A stretch of 64,000 bases of DNA. Origin: an uncultured Chloroflexia bacterium (GTDB lineage: Bacteria; Chloroflexota; Limnocylindria; Limnocylindrales; CSP1-4). The number at the start of each line of letters is the position of its first letter. Position 1 is the stretch's first letter. This document shows positions 29,072-40,488 of this stretch, piece after piece. The stretch lies in NCBI GenBank assembly GCA_963850555.1, contig CAWKLT010000002.1, positions 19,725 through 83,724 on the forward strand. Reading direction: 5' to 3'. The notes beneath the pieces were generated by a model. The model saw only the letters and a list, made by a program, of their open reading frames with translations, did not search any database and had not been told where the DNA came from. A program made the position numbers and the translations under genes.

Positions 29072-29635
29072 ATGCCGCGACTGACGAGGATCTACACGAA
29101 GACCGGCGACGAAGGCATGACCGGCCTCGGTGGCGGACGCCGGGTGTCCAAGGACTCGGCGCGGGTGCGTGCCTACGGCACGGTCGACGAGCTCAACTCC
29201 ACGATCGGCGTCGCGCTCGCGCTGGGGCTGACCGACCGCCTGACGACCGAGCTCAAGCGCATCCAGAACGAGCTGTTCGACCTCGGGTCCGACCTGTGCT
29301 GGCCCGAGGACGACGAGCGGCGCGGCGCGATCCCGACCGTCCAGCCACACCACGTCGAGAGCCTCGAGCGCCTGATCGACGAGCTGAACGCCGTGGTCGG
29401 ACCGCTGACGAACTTCGTGCTGCCCGGGGGATCGGCCGGTGCCGCGCAGCTCCATGTCGCCCGGACCGTGTGCCGCCGGGCCGAGCGGGAGACCATCACG
29501 CTGGCCCGCGACGAGCCCATCGGCGAGTACGTGCTCCCCTACCTGAACCGCCTGTCGGACGCGCTGTTCGTGATGGCCCGTTTCGAGAACCACGAGCGCG
29601 GCGTCGACGAGCCGCTCTGGCAGCCGGGACTCTAG
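29072..29635 (+). CDS. PduO-type ATP:cob(I)alamin adenosyltransferase
   Basis: ATG 29072 within ORF 28982..29635 gives 187 aa: [19 protein letters not shown]...[13 protein letters not shown]...[23 protein letters not shown]...[11 protein letters not shown]. Confidence 0.9.
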   Translation: MPRLTRIYTKTGDEGMTGLGGGRRVSKDSARVRAYGTVDELNSTIGVALALGLTDRLTTELKRIQNELFDLGSDLCWPEDDERRGAIPTVQPHHVESLERLIDELNAVVGPLTNFVLPGGSAGAAQLHVARTVCRRAERETITLARDEPIGEYVLPYLNRLSDALFVMARFENHERGVDEPLWQPGL

Positions 29636-30379
29636 GCGAGCAGTCGAACCAACACGGTCCCGGCATCGACGCCGAGTGCGTTCGCCAGTCGCGCCTGACC
29701 GCCGCTGATCGTCAGTTGCCCCTGGGCGCCTTCGACGAGGCACGGGTACTCGCCGTCGGGCGGCAGCGCCATCGGCCACCCGAGATCGATCGTCCCGTCA
29801 CGCAGCGATGCCGCGGAGCGTCACCGGTCGTCCCAGCAGCTCCTCGGCGCCGGCCAGGTCTCCCGACGCGATCGCGCTCCGGATGTCCGAGCTTCGAACC
29901 GCGCGGCCCTCGAGGCTGAACGGAGGCACGACGACGACGTCGAAGCCACGCTCGCGACCCAGCGCGGCGAGTGCATCCGGAGTCCCGCGCCGCTCGAACC
30001 CGAACGCCGCGTCCGGGGTCATGAGCAGGCCGGCGAGCGACGTCGCGGCCTCGATCCGCCCGACGAACACGTCGTAGGGCGTCCGTCGGACGGCCTCGTC
30101 GAAATGCTGGACGACGGTGACCCTCACGCCGGCCGCCGCCAGGCGCTCGAGTCGTTCGTCCGGATGGATCAGCAGCGGTGGCGCGGAGCCGGTCAGGACC
30201 TCGTCCGGATGGGCGTCGAACGTGATGACGGTCGGTTGCGCCGAGCGGCGCTCGGCTTCGCTGACGAGGTGCTCGAGCAGGTAGGCGTGACCGCGATGCA
30301 GGCCGTCGAAGACGCCGACGACCGCGAAGATCGGACCGTGCTCGGGCCGCAGCCCGTCGACCCCGGCGACGACGTCCAT
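29632..30379 (-). CDS. ribF: FAD synthetase (RibF-like) with shortened riboflavin-kinase-like C-terminal region; frame broken once
   Basis: ATG 30379 (ATGA overlap with the truB stop). FMN adenylyltransferase domain [18 protein letters not shown]...VITFDAHP. After ...[13 protein letters not shown] the frame shifts at ~29797-29803 into [34 protein letters not shown]...LVRLLA, ending at TAG 29632-29634. The total is ~249 aa, and the span length is 3n+1. Confidence 0.7.
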
Positions 30380-31333
30380 CAGGCGGGGACGACCGATCCG
30401 GCCGGGGTCACGAGGACCTTGTCGGGCGCCAGCCGGCCGTGCGGGGCTTCGATGGCCACGGCTGCAAGGGAGCCGTCTGGCGCACGCAGCCGGTAGCGCT
30501 CCGCGCCGGGTTCGAAACCCGCCGAGGGGCGGATGAACTGGCCGCGAGCGACGGCGTCGAGCTCCGGGGACGTCAGCGCCACGTCGGGAAAGCGGTCCAG
30601 GCCCGTATCGATCGGCAGCAGCAGGCGTGCGATCGCGGCCGGATCGTCGGCAGCCGCCGCACGGACCGTTTCGAGCGGGATGGCCTCGGCCTCCGGGAAC
30701 GGGCCGGCCGCCGTTCGTCGCAGCGCACCCAGGTAGGCGGCGCTCGCCGAGCCGCTCCCCGAGGTCTCGAGCGAGCGCACGGATGTACGTGCCCGCCGAG
30801 CAGGCGACATCCAGTACGGCGATCGGGCGGTCCGGGTCCGTGCCGTCCCACGACACGAGTGACAGCTCGTGGATGGTGACCTGCCGCTCCGCCAGCGTTA
30901 CCGTCTCGCCCGCCCGCGCCATGGCGTAGGCGCGCCGGCCACCGACCTTGATGGCCGAGTACGCCGGCGGGCGCTGCGAGATCGGACCGGTCATCCCGGC
31001 CAGGGCCGTCTCGGTCGCCTCGCGCGTCGGTGCCGGCGTGGAAGCGGGTGTCAGCTCGCCCTCGAGGTCGTCGGTCGACGATGAGGCGCCGAAGCAGACC
31101 GTGGCCCGGTACCGCTTGCGATCGGCCAGATGGAACTCGACGACGCGGGTGCCGCGGCCCAGGAACAGCGGCAGCACCCCGGAGGCGAACGGATCCAGCG
31201 TGCCCCCGTGGCCGACGCGTCTGGTCGCCGCGAGCCTGCGCACGAGGCCGACGACGTCGTGCGAGGTCGGGCCGATCGGCTTGTCGACCACGAGGATGCC
31301 GTCGAGGCCTGGTCCCAGGGACTTGTGTGCCAC
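30379..31333 (-). CDS. truB: tRNA pseudouridine(55) synthase TruB; frame broken once
   Basis: GTG 31333. Motifs: GILVVDKPIGPTSHDVV and GHGGTLDPFASGVLPLFLG (catalytic Asp) ...CSAGTYIRALARDLGERLG. The frames join at ~30745 into ORF 30379..30810 (SAAYLGALRRTAAGPF...). The span length is 3n+1. Confidence 0.9.
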
Positions 31334-31335
31334 GG

Positions 31336-32355
31336 TCAGCGAGCGACCTCGGCGGCGAGGCGATCCGCCTCGGCCAGGACTGCCGGCCGTGCCTGGTCCA
31401 CGGGGAGCTCCACGGTCGCCCCGGCCGCCCGGGCGTGCCCGCCGCCACCGAACTTCCCGGTCAGCACCGTGGCATCCACCCCACCGGGCTTCGTTCGAAC
31501 GCTGATCCGTGTCGCTTCGCCGGCCTCCTTGAACAGGATCGCCACCTCGGCCTCGTCGGCCTGGGCCAGGAGATCGATGATCCCTTCGGACTGGGGCGCG
31601 AGCGTGCCGGTCGCGGCCAGGTCCGCGTCGAGCAAGGTCGAGAAGATGACGCGGCCGCCGTCGACGGAGTCGAGCCGATCGAGCACCCGCCCGAACAGCC
31701 GGAGCTGTGCCGCCGGCTTGGAGCGATACAGCCGGCGTGAGATGTCGGACAGCGGCGCACCGGCCTCGACCAGGGCCGCGGACACGGCCAGGGTTCGGGG
31801 CGTCGCGTTCGGGTGCGCGAACGTGGCGGTGTCCATGACGATCCCGGCCATCAGGGCCGCCGCCATTGCCCCATCTCCGATATCCAGCGGCACGCCCATG
31901 CGGGTCGCCAGGAGGGCGACCATCTCGCAGGTCGCGGCGGCGTGCGGCTCGATCCAGTCGGTCTCGCCCGCGGCATCGTTCGAGGCGTGGTGGTCGATGA
32001 CGACGCGTGGCAGGCGTTCGAACAGCTCCGCATGACGCCCACGGACATCGCCGATCCGATCGAGCGAGCCGCAATCGGACACGACGAGCAGGTCGTACGG
32101 CGCCGCAGGATCCGGGTCGGTGCGGACGCGCTCCACACCTGCCAGGAAGTCGTAGAGCGGCGGGACCGGGTCCGTGCAGACCGGGTCGGCCGAACCCCCG
32201 AGCGTCTCGACGATCCGGACGATGCCGAGCGTCGCCCCGAGCGTGTCAGCATCGGGGTTCTCGTGACCCACGGCCAGGACGCGGCGGGCGCTGCGCAGCC
32301 GCTCGACGACGGCGTCGGGCACCGCGTCGAGGTACGGGCCCAGGTCGATGCTCAT
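31336..32355 (-). CDS. nrnA: DHH-family phosphoesterase (NrnA-like bifunctional oligoribonuclease / pAp phosphatase)
   Basis: ATG 32355 (ATGA overlap with the rbfA stop) gives 339 aa. Motifs: LAVGHENPDADTLG, VVSDCGS, VIDHHASN (DHH), DHHA1 motif GKFGGGGHARAAG. Confidence 0.85.
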   Translation of the reverse strand: MSIDLGPYLDAVPDAVVERLRSARRVLAVGHENPDADTLGATLGIVRIVETLGGSADPVCTDPVPPLYDFLAGVERVRTDPDPAAPYDLLVVSDCGSLDRIGDVRGRHAELFERLPRVVIDHHASNDAAGETDWIEPHAAATCEMVALLATRMGVPLDIGDGAMAAALMAGIVMDTATFAHPNATPRTLAVSAALVEAGAPLSDISRRLYRSKPAAQLRLFGRVLDRLDSVDGGRVIFSTLLDADLAATGTLAPQSEGIIDLLAQADEAEVAILFKEAGEATRISVRTKPGGVDATVLTGKFGGGGHARAAGATVELPVDQARPAVLAEADRLAAEVAR

Positions 32356-32894
32356 CGGCGCCTTCCCGGTCGGGCTTTCGAGCCCGCCTTGGAGCCGGGC
32401 ATGCCGCCGGGCTTGGGACCCGTCCGTCGGCGGGCGCGTGGCTTGGGCGGGATCACCGCGGACGGCGGCTCGTCGGGCTCGTCGCCCTCGTGGTGGACGC
32501 GCTGGACCGGGGTCGGGAGCGTCTCGCCAAGCGGCAGGTCGCCCTCGGGTGCCGCGCCGGCCCCCAGCTCGTTGAGCAGCTGGAGGACGCGCGTGCCGCG
32601 TTCGGCCGTGTCGTCGAGATGGACGTGCAGGTCCGGGATGCGCTTGATCCGCAGGGAGCGGCCCAGCTCGTGACGGACGAACGGCATCGCCCGCTGCAGG
32701 GCCGTGACGGTCCCCTGGCGCTCCTTCGGCTGGCCGATGACGCTGATCCAGACCTTGGCGTGGCGCAGGTCCGGCGTCGTCTCGACCTTCGTGATCGTCA
32801 CGAAGCCGATGCGTGGATCGGCGACATCGCGCGTGACGATGGCGCCGATCTCCTGCCGCAGCAGTTCGTCGACTCGGTCCGTTCGCTGGGTCAC
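32352..32894 (-). CDS. rbfA: ribosome-binding factor A with Pro/Gly/Lys/Arg-rich C-terminal extension
   Basis: GTG 32894 within ORF 32352..33002. Sequence: RTDRVDELLRQEIGAIVTRDVADPRIGFVTITKVETTPDLRHAKVWISV...LRIKRIPDLHVHLD, followed by a ~70-aa low-complexity tail. Confidence 0.85.
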   Translation of the reverse strand: MTQRTDRVDELLRQEIGAIVTRDVADPRIGFVTITKVETTPDLRHAKVWISVIGQPKERQGTVTALQRAMPFVRHELGRSLRIKRIPDLHVHLDDTAERGTRVLQLLNELGAGAAPEGDLPLGETLPTPVQRVHHEGDEPDEPPSAVIPPKPRARRRTGPKPGGMPGSKAGSKARPGRRR

Positions 32895-33035
32895 GGCCCG
32901 CCGAACTGCCTCGACGCCCGCAGGGGCGTTCCGGCGAAGGCGCGACCGAGTACCGGAGCGAGCGCACTCTGATGTGCGTGAGCGACGGCACGGAGGGCGC
33001 AACGCGCGCCGGGGCGTCCATGTGGGCGTCCGTTG

Positions 33036-34943
33036 TCAGCCGGCAGGGGCGCGAGTGACGGTCTGCGAGGTGAAGCACTCGATGATGTCGCCCTCCTCCA
33101 GGTCGTGGAAGCTGGCGAGCCCGATGCCGCACTCGTAGTTCGCCTGGACCTCGCGGACGTCGTCGCGGAAGCGCCGCAGCGACTCGATCCGGTCGGTCGC
33201 GACGACCTTGCCGTTGCGCCAGATCCGGGCGCCACCGCGAACGATGCGACCGTCCGTGACGTACGACCCGGCGATCTGGGTGTTCTTGCCGACCCGGATG
33301 ACCTGTCGGACTTCCGCGCGGCCTTCGACGACCTCCACGACGACCGGCTCGAGCAGGCCCTTGAGCGCCGCATCGATGTCGTCGGTGAGCTTGTAGATGA
33401 TGTCGTACATGCGGACGTCGACACCTTCGGCCTCGGCGGCCCGGCGGGCCGTCTCGGTGATGTTCGTGCTGAACCCGACGATGATCGCGTCGGACGCCGT
33501 GGCCAGCATGATGTCGTTGTCGGTGATGTCGCCGGCCGCCTCGTGGAGCACGTTGATCCGGACCTCGTCCTGGTCGAGCTGCTCGAGCGCATGCGTGATG
33601 GCGCCCAGCGAGCCTGAGACGTCGGCCTTGAGGATGATGCGCAGCTCCTTGGCCTGGCCGGCCTGGATCTGGCGGTAGAGGTCTTCGAGGGTGGCGCGAC
33701 CGCTCCCCTCCCCGCCCTTCGCGGCGACGGTCGCCTTGCGCTGCTCGACCATCGTGCGGGCTTCCTTGTCGTCCGCGGCGACGCGCAGGATGTCGCCGGC
33801 CTCCGGGACCTCCGAAAGACCGAGGATCACGACGGCGCTGGCGGGACCCGCCTGCTTGACGCGCTTGCCACGGTCGTTCTCGAGCGCGCGCACGCGACCG
33901 AAGGTCTCGCCGACGACGATGATGTCGCCGACCTTGAGGGTGCCGGTCTGGACCAGGGCCGTGGCGACGGCGCCGCGGCTCTTGTCCATCTGCGCCTCGA
34001 CGATCGTGCCGATGGCGGGGCGATCGGGGTTGGCCTTGAGCTCCTGGAGGTCCGACACGAGCAGGACCATCTCGATGAGCTCATCGAGGCCCTGGCGGCT
34101 CTTGGCCGAGACCGCCACGAGCGGCACGTCGCCGCCGTACTCCTCGATCACGACGCCGGCCTCGGTCAGCTCGGTCTTCACGCGGACGGGGTCCGCGTCG
34201 GGCTTGTCGATCTTGTTGAGCGCGATGATGATCGGGACCTTGGCCGCCTTCGCGTGGGCGATCGCCTCGAGCGTCTGGGGCATGACGCCGTCGTCCGCCG
34301 CGACCACGATGATCGCGATGTCGGTGACGCGGGCGCCTCGGGCGCGCATCGCGGTAAAGGCCTCGTGACCCGGAGTATCGAGGAAGACGACGCGCTTGCC
34401 GTCGTGGTCGATCTCACTCGCGCCGATGTGCTGCGTGATGCCGCCACGTTCGCCGGCCGCGACCTCGGTGGAGCGCAGGGCGTCGAGCAGGCTCGTCTTG
34501 CCGTGGTCGACGTGGCCCATCACGGTGACGATCGGGGCGCGCGGCTGGAGGTCCGCCGCATCGTCCTCGTCGAAGAGGGACTCCTTGGTGGCCTCGGGCG
34601 CGGGGCCTTCGGCCTCGCCGTCCGGTCCGGTGCCGTTCGTCGATGCGGCGATCGTCTCGGCCACCTCGTAGCCGAGCTCGGACGCGACGAGGGACGCCGT
34701 GTCGCGGTCGATCAGCTGGTTGATCGTGGCGAAGATCCCGCTCTTGATCAGCTCGCGGATGATGTCCGCGACGTTGACCGTCAGCAGCTCAGCGAGCTCC
34801 TTGACGGTGATGGTTCCGGGCAGCTCGATCGCGCCACGCTCGCTCGGATCGATCGTCTGGACCTGCGACGCGAGTCCTCCGTCGCGACGCGGCGGCTTGC
34901 GGGGGCCGCGTCGGCCGCGGGTGCCGCTCCTACTCCTGGCCAC
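33036..34943 (-). CDS. infB: translation initiation factor IF-2 (short N-terminal region)
   Basis: Intact 635-aa ORF (GTG start) with G-domain motifs [27 protein letters not shown] and the C-terminal domains (...[19 protein letters not shown]). Confidence 0.95.
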   Translation of the reverse strand: MARSRSGTRGRRGPRKPPRRDGGLASQVQTIDPSERGAIELPGTITVKELAELLTVNVADIIRELIKSGIFATINQLIDRDTASLVASELGYEVAETIAASTNGTGPDGEAEGPAPEATKESLFDEDDAADLQPRAPIVTVMGHVDHGKTSLLDALRSTEVAAGERGGITQHIGASEIDHDGKRVVFLDTPGHEAFTAMRARGARVTDIAIIVVAADDGVMPQTLEAIAHAKAAKVPIIIALNKIDKPDADPVRVKTELTEAGVVIEEYGGDVPLVAVSAKSRQGLDELIEMVLLVSDLQELKANPDRPAIGTIVEAQMDKSRGAVATALVQTGTLKVGDIIVVGETFGRVRALENDRGKRVKQAGPASAVVILGLSEVPEAGDILRVAADDKEARTMVEQRKATVAAKGGEGSGRATLEDLYRQIQAGQAKELRIILKADVSGSLGAITHALEQLDQDEVRINVLHEAAGDITDNDIMLATASDAIIVGFSTNITETARRAAEAEGVDVRMYDIIYKLTDDIDAALKGLLEPVVVEVVEGRAEVRQVIRVGKNTQIAGSYVTDGRIVRGGARIWRNGKVVATDRIESLRRFRDDVREVQANYECGIGLASFHDLEEGDIIECFTSQTVTRAPAG

Positions 34944-35202
34944 GGGCTCCTCCTTGTGTGGTGTTCGTGGTGATGGCTCCCGATGTCACGGCCTCGAGGA
35001 ACGCGGCCGGGAGCGGGGTCTCGAGCGCCCGTGCGAGGGCGCCCTTCTTGATGGCGGTTTCGAGGCAGGCCGGGTCCTGGCACACGTAGGCGCCACGGCC
35101 GGCCAGCCGTCCGGTTGGATCGAAGACGACGTCACGTGCCGGCGTGCGGACGATGCGCTGCAGCTCGCGCTTGGGGCGCGACGTCCGACAAGCCACGCAC
35201 AT
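34930..35202 (-). CDS. ylxR: YlxR/DUF448 family RNA-binding protein
   Basis: ATG 35202 within ORF 34930..35886 gives 90 aa: MCVACRTSRPKRELQRIVRTP...GRGAYVC. It overlaps the infB start by 14 nt. Position between nusA and infB is conserved. Confidence 0.8.
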   Translation of the reverse strand: MCVACRTSRPKRELQRIVRTPARDVVFDPTGRLAGRGAYVCQDPACLETAIKKGALARALETPLPAAFLEAVTSGAITTNTTQGGARGQE

Positions 35203-35261
35203 CCGGGCCGGCGTCCGGCGCGGCGTGCTCGCCGACCTCGCCGCCGGTCGCGCGGCGGGGG

Positions 35262-36710
35262 CTACGACGCCACCTCCTCGGCGGCGGGCGCTTCGGCCTC
35301 GGCCTCGGCGGTCTTCTTGGTCGTCCGCTTGGGCTTGGCGGCGGCTTCGGAGGCGGTTGCGGCGGCCTCCGCCTTGGGCTTCGCGGCCGTCGTCTTGGCC
35401 GCGGCGGTCTTGGCTGCCGCGGTGGTCTTGGCCGTAGCCGTGGTCTTCGTGGCGGCGGTCTTGGGCTTCGCGGCGGCCTTCTTGGGCTTGGCTTCGGTCA
35501 TGGCCTCGGCCGGAGCTGCTTCGCCTTCGGTGTCTGCAGCGGCGGCGGCCTTCGCCTTCGTCGCGCGCTTCGGCTTGACCGCGGCGACGGCATCCTCGGC
35601 CGGCGTGTCGGCCTCGACGCCCTCGACGGCAGCCGGCTCTGCTACGGCGGGCGCATCGGCTGCGGCCTTGGCTTCGGCCACCGACACGTCGCTCCGGATG
35701 TCGATCCGCCAACCGGTCAGTCGTGCAGCAAGCCGGGCGTTCTGCCCCTCGCGGCCGATCGCCAGCGAGAGCATGCGCTCGGGCACGGTCACCGATGCGA
35801 TGCGGTGTTCCTCGTCGATGTCGACCGAGAGGACCTGTGCCGGGCTCAGCGCATTGGCCACGAACACGCCGGCGTCGTCGCTCCACGGGATGACGTCGAT
35901 CTTCTCGCCGGCGAGCTCCGCGACCACGGCCTGGACGCGCGCGCCACGCTGGCCGACGGTGGCACCCACGGGATCGAGGCCGTCCTGGCGCGACGATACC
36001 GCGACCTTCGAACGGCTCCCCGCCTCCCGGGCGATGGCCTTGATCTCGACCGTGCCGCTATGGATCTCGGGAACCTCGAGCTCGAACAGCCGTCGCAGGA
36101 AGCCCTTGTGCGTGCGGCTCACGAAGATCTGCGGGCCGCGCACGGACCGCCGCACCTCGAGCACGAACGCCTTCACGTTCTGCCCGATGCGGTAGTGCTC
36201 CAGGGCGCTCTGCTCGGTCGTGGCGAGGATCGCCTCGACCATCTTGCCGACGTCGAGGATGATCGCCCGCGGCTCGACGCGGTTGACCGTGCCCGTGATG
36301 AGCTCGCCCTCGCGGCTGGCGAACTGGTCGAAGACCTGGTCGCGCTCGACCTCGCGGATGCGCTGGAGGACGATCTGCTTGGCGGTCTGCGCGCCGATGC
36401 GCCCGAAGACGTCGCCATCGAGCTGCTCGGTCTCGACCATGTCGCCGACCTTGGCCTCGGCCAGGTGCTTGCGCGCCTCGTCGACCGTGATCTCGGTCAT
36501 CTCGTCCTCGATCTCGTCGACGACGCGGCGTGCGCGATAGACGCGGATGCGACCGGATTCGGCGTCGATCTGGACGTGGATGTCCTCGTCGCCGGCGACG
36601 CGGCGATACGCCGACTGGATGCCGTCTTCGACGGCCCCGATCAGCTGCTCACGGGAGACCTGCTTCTCCGCGTTGAGCTGGAGGAGGGCGCCCACGAAGT
36701 CTCGACTCAC
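35262..36710 (-). CDS. nusA: transcription termination/antitermination factor NusA with Ala/Lys/Thr-rich basic C-terminal tail
   Basis: Intact 482-aa ORF (GTG 36710, SD AGAGGAGG) with an N-terminal domain, S1 (GELITGTVNRVEPRAIILDVG) and two KH domains (GATVGQRGARVQAV, LAIGREGQNARLAARLTGWRIDI). The last ~110 aa are low-complexity. Confidence 0.95.
   Translation of the reverse strand: MSRDFVGALLQLNAEKQVSREQLIGAVEDGIQSAYRRVAGDEDIHVQIDAESGRIRVYRARRVVDEIEDEMTEITVDEARKHLAEAKVGDMVETEQLDGDVFGRIGAQTAKQIVLQRIREVERDQVFDQFASREGELITGTVNRVEPRAIILDVGKMVEAILATTEQSALEHYRIGQNVKAFVLEVRRSVRGPQIFVSRTHKGFLRRLFELEVPEIHSGTVEIKAIAREAGSRSKVAVSSRQDGLDPVGATVGQRGARVQAVVAELAGEKIDVIPWSDDAGVFVANALSPAQVLSVDIDEEHRIASVTVPERMLSLAIGREGQNARLAARLTGWRIDIRSDVSVAEAKAAADAPAVAEPAAVEGVEADTPAEDAVAAVKPKRATKAKAAAAADTEGEAAPAEAMTEAKPKKAAAKPKTAATKTTATAKTTAAAKTAAAKTTAAKPKAEAAATASEAAAKPKRTTKKTAEAEAEAPAAEEVAS
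35300..35495 (-). repeat. imperfect short tandem repeats encoding the (A/K/T/P)-rich NusA tail
   Basis: Reiterated ggtcttgg / ggcggc units on the plus strand translate on the minus strand as KPKKAAAKPKTAATKTTATAKTTAAAKTAAAKTTAAKPK. Confidence 0.6.
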
Positions 36711-36757
36711 GATCGCCTCCTCTTCTGCGCATGTAATGCCAAATCACGGCCGGTCCG

Positions 36758-36785
36758 AAAAAAAGACGCGGGGGTCACCCACGTC
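36758..36785 (-). terminator. intrinsic terminator between ispG and nusA (also a possible nusA leader attenuator)
   Basis: Minus-strand RNA GACGUGGG-UGACC-CCCGCGUC (8 bp including one G:U) followed by UUUUUUU (36764-36758). This is the only clear hairpin + U7 in the window. Confidence 0.6.
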
Positions 36786-36810
36786 ACGGAGCGGCCGTTC
36801 AGTTGCGGGG

Positions 36811-36840
36811 AGTATACACCCGGACGCGTGGACGGCTCAA
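36811..36840 (-). promoter_or_regulatory. candidate sigma-70-type promoter upstream of nusA
   Basis: Minus strand: TTGAGC (36840-36835), 18 nt, TATACT (36816-36811) followed by CCCCGC. It lies upstream of the terminator hairpin, so the terminator would fall within the nusA 5' leader. Confidence 0.5.
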
Positions 36841-36910
36841 CGGCCGGCCGCTCGGGCCCGCTCAGCCGATCGGCGTCACCGATGCCGCGTCCTTGTCGGT
36901 CCGTGGCGGT

Positions 36911-38151
<1,241 letters not shown>

Positions 38152-38155
<4 letters not shown>

Positions 38156-39273
38156 GGGGCGCCCAGCGTTCCCCCAGTGAGGCTGCGGATGATGTCGTAG
38201 CCCGTCACCCACAGGATGAAGGCGAACAGGAACACCATCCCGACGACGTAGGTCAGCTGCTCCGCGCGGAGGCTGATGCGACGCCCGAAGAGCCGCTTGA
38301 GCGTGATCATCAGCATCCGGCCACCATCGAGCGGCGGGAACGGCAGGATGTTGACGAGGGCCAGGTTGGCCGACAGGATCCCGGCGACGTACAGGGTCAG
38401 GATCCACCCGGCGTTCCAGAACACGTCACCGATCTGCGTCGCGATCCCGACTGGTCCAGCGACCGGTGGCGGCGCCGTCGGATCGGCCGCCACGGAGCTC
38501 ACGAGCGTTCCGAGGCCGCCCAGGATGAGTCCGAGGGCTCCGACCGTCTGTTCGGCGCCGATCGCGATGGCGTCGGGCAAGGGATTCGAGGTCGTGGCGC
38601 CATCGAAGTAGGCCTCCCACGGCTTTTCCTCCTGCGAGATCCCGAGGGCGCCCTGTCCCGCATCGATGGCCGCCTGGTCGCGCAGCGTGACCGTGACATC
38701 GCGCCGTGTGCCGTCGGCGCTGTCGACGGTCAGGACGACGGTCTCTCCGGGCCTCGCGCGCAGGCCGTCGAGGACCGTCAGGCCCGCGATGAACTGGTAT
38801 CGCTCCCCGTCGACGGCCACGATCGCCTCGCCCGGCTGGAGCCCCGCGGTCTCTGCCGGTGAACCTGGGACGACCTCGTGGAAGCGGATCCCCATGAGCG
38901 GCGACGCGAGCCAGGCGATCCCGGCGAAGATCACGAACGCGAGCAGCACGTTCATCGCCACGCCGGCCGCGAGGATGACCATCTTCGTGATCCAGCGCTG
39001 GGCCGCGAAGGAGCGGGGATCGTCGGCGTCGTTGCCGTCCTCGCCGGCGAGCTTCACGAAGCCACCGATCGGCAGCCAGTTGAGCGTGTAGAGCGTCTCG
39101 CCCTTCGCCCGGAGCACCTTGGCCCGTGGCGGGAACCCGATCCCGAACTCGAGCACGCGGACGTTCGCCATGCGGGCGGTCACGAAATGGCCGAGCTCGT
39201 GGATGACGACCAGGATCCCCAGGATCAACAGGAACAGGACGATCGTGATGATCGATTGGAAGAATCCGGTCAT
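38152..39273 (-). CDS. rseP: RIP (site-2) zinc metalloprotease RseP
   Basis: Intact 373-aa ORF with the zinc motif [13 protein letters not shown], a PDZ domain ([23 protein letters not shown]) and [15 protein letters not shown] overlap with the dxr stop. Confidence 0.9.
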
Positions 39274-40488
39274 GCAGCGCTCCCGATGGGTCCGCTGGAG
39301 AACGCGGCGCGGACCTCCGCATCGAGCGCGATGAGGTCCTCGACGTCAGGATCGTTGACACCGGCGCCGCCGAAGCGCTCCACGGCGGCCTCGAGCAGAC
39401 GCGGGATCCCGTTGAAGTCGAGCGAACCGTCGAGGAACCGGCTGACCGCCACGTCGTCCGCGGCGATCAAGGCGGCGGAGGCGCGCGGTCCCGCGATGCC
39501 GGCCTCGCGGGCGATGCGCAGCGCCGGGAACCGCGCTGTGTCCGGTGCGCGGAAGTCCAGTCGCGCGGTCGCGATCAGGTCGGGCGGTGCCGCCGGAGAG
39601 GGCCGTCGGTCGGGGTAGGTCATGGCGTACTGGATGGGGAGTCGCATATCCGGGGTGCCCAGCTGGGCCTTCAGGGAGCCGTCGACGAACCGGACGGCGG
39701 AGTGGACGACGCTCTGCGGGTGGATGACCACCTCGATCGCGTCGTAGTCCACATCGTACAGCCAGTGCGCCTCGATGACCTCCAGGCCCTTGTTGGCGAG
39801 GGTCGCGGAATCGATCGTGATCTTGGCTCCCATGGTCCAGGTCGGGTGCTGCAGGGCGCGCTCCGGGGTCACGGCCGTGAGCTCGTCGAGGGTGGCGTTC
39901 AGGAACGGCCCTCCGGACGCGGTGAGCACGAGCGCCGCGACCGTCGGTCATGGATTCGCCCACGAGGCACTGCCAGATCGCCGAATGCTCCGAGTCGATC
40001 GGCCGGAGCCAGGCGAGCGGGCTCGTCATGTGTTCGATGGATGTGCCAGCGGCAAGACGGCGCGCCTCGGGCATGACGATGTGGCCGCCGGCGACCAGCG
40101 TCTCCTTGTTGGCCGTGGCCACGACCTTGCCGGCACGAAGCGCGGCGAGGACCGGCCGAAGGCTGACTACGCCCCCCGTCGCGACGACGACGAGATCGAC
40201 ATCGTCGCGCGTGGCAAGCTCGACGAGCGCTGCGTCGCCCGCGGCCCGTTCCGTGCCCTCCGGGACGTCCAGCCCGGCGAAGGCGTCGCCTTCCGCCAGT
40301 GCCACGACCGCCGGCCGCAACTGCCTGGCCTGTTCCGCGAGCGTCGACCCATCCCGGCCGGCCGCCAATCCGACGACCCGGAAGAGCTCCGGATGCGCGG
40401 CGATGACCTCGACTGCCTGGGTGCCGATCGAGCCCGTGGAGCCGAGAAGCGCGACGCCGCGCCGCTCAGGTGAGGAAGGCGAGGACAT
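39270..40488 (-). CDS. dxr: 1-deoxy-D-xylulose-5-phosphate reductoisomerase; frame broken once
   Basis: ATG 40488 within ORF 39346..40545. Motifs: VALLGSTGSIGTQAV, ATANKETLV, IDSEHSAIWQCL. The frames join at ~39932-39947 into ORF 39270..39929 (LTASGGPF..., HPTWTMGAKITIDSATLANKGLEVIEAHWLY). The span length is 3n+1. Confidence 0.9.

Noticed and set aside
32895-33035. An expected small gene (DUF503/ylxP-like) between infB and rbfA.
   Set aside because: The only frame opening with ATG (MDAPARVAPSVPSLTHIRVRSLRYSV...) shows no resemblance to DUF503 and runs into rbfA out of frame. It is treated as non-coding spacer.
35300-35495. Short tandem repeats as a CRISPR-like or minisatellite element.
   Set aside because: They lie in-frame inside the nusA 3' end and encode the A/K/T-rich tail. 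There is no repeat-spacer architecture.
36711-36910. A hidden rimP gene upstream of nusA.
   Set aside because: The 200-nt spacer is too short and has no open frame with RimP-like sequence. It holds a promoter-like element and a terminator instead.
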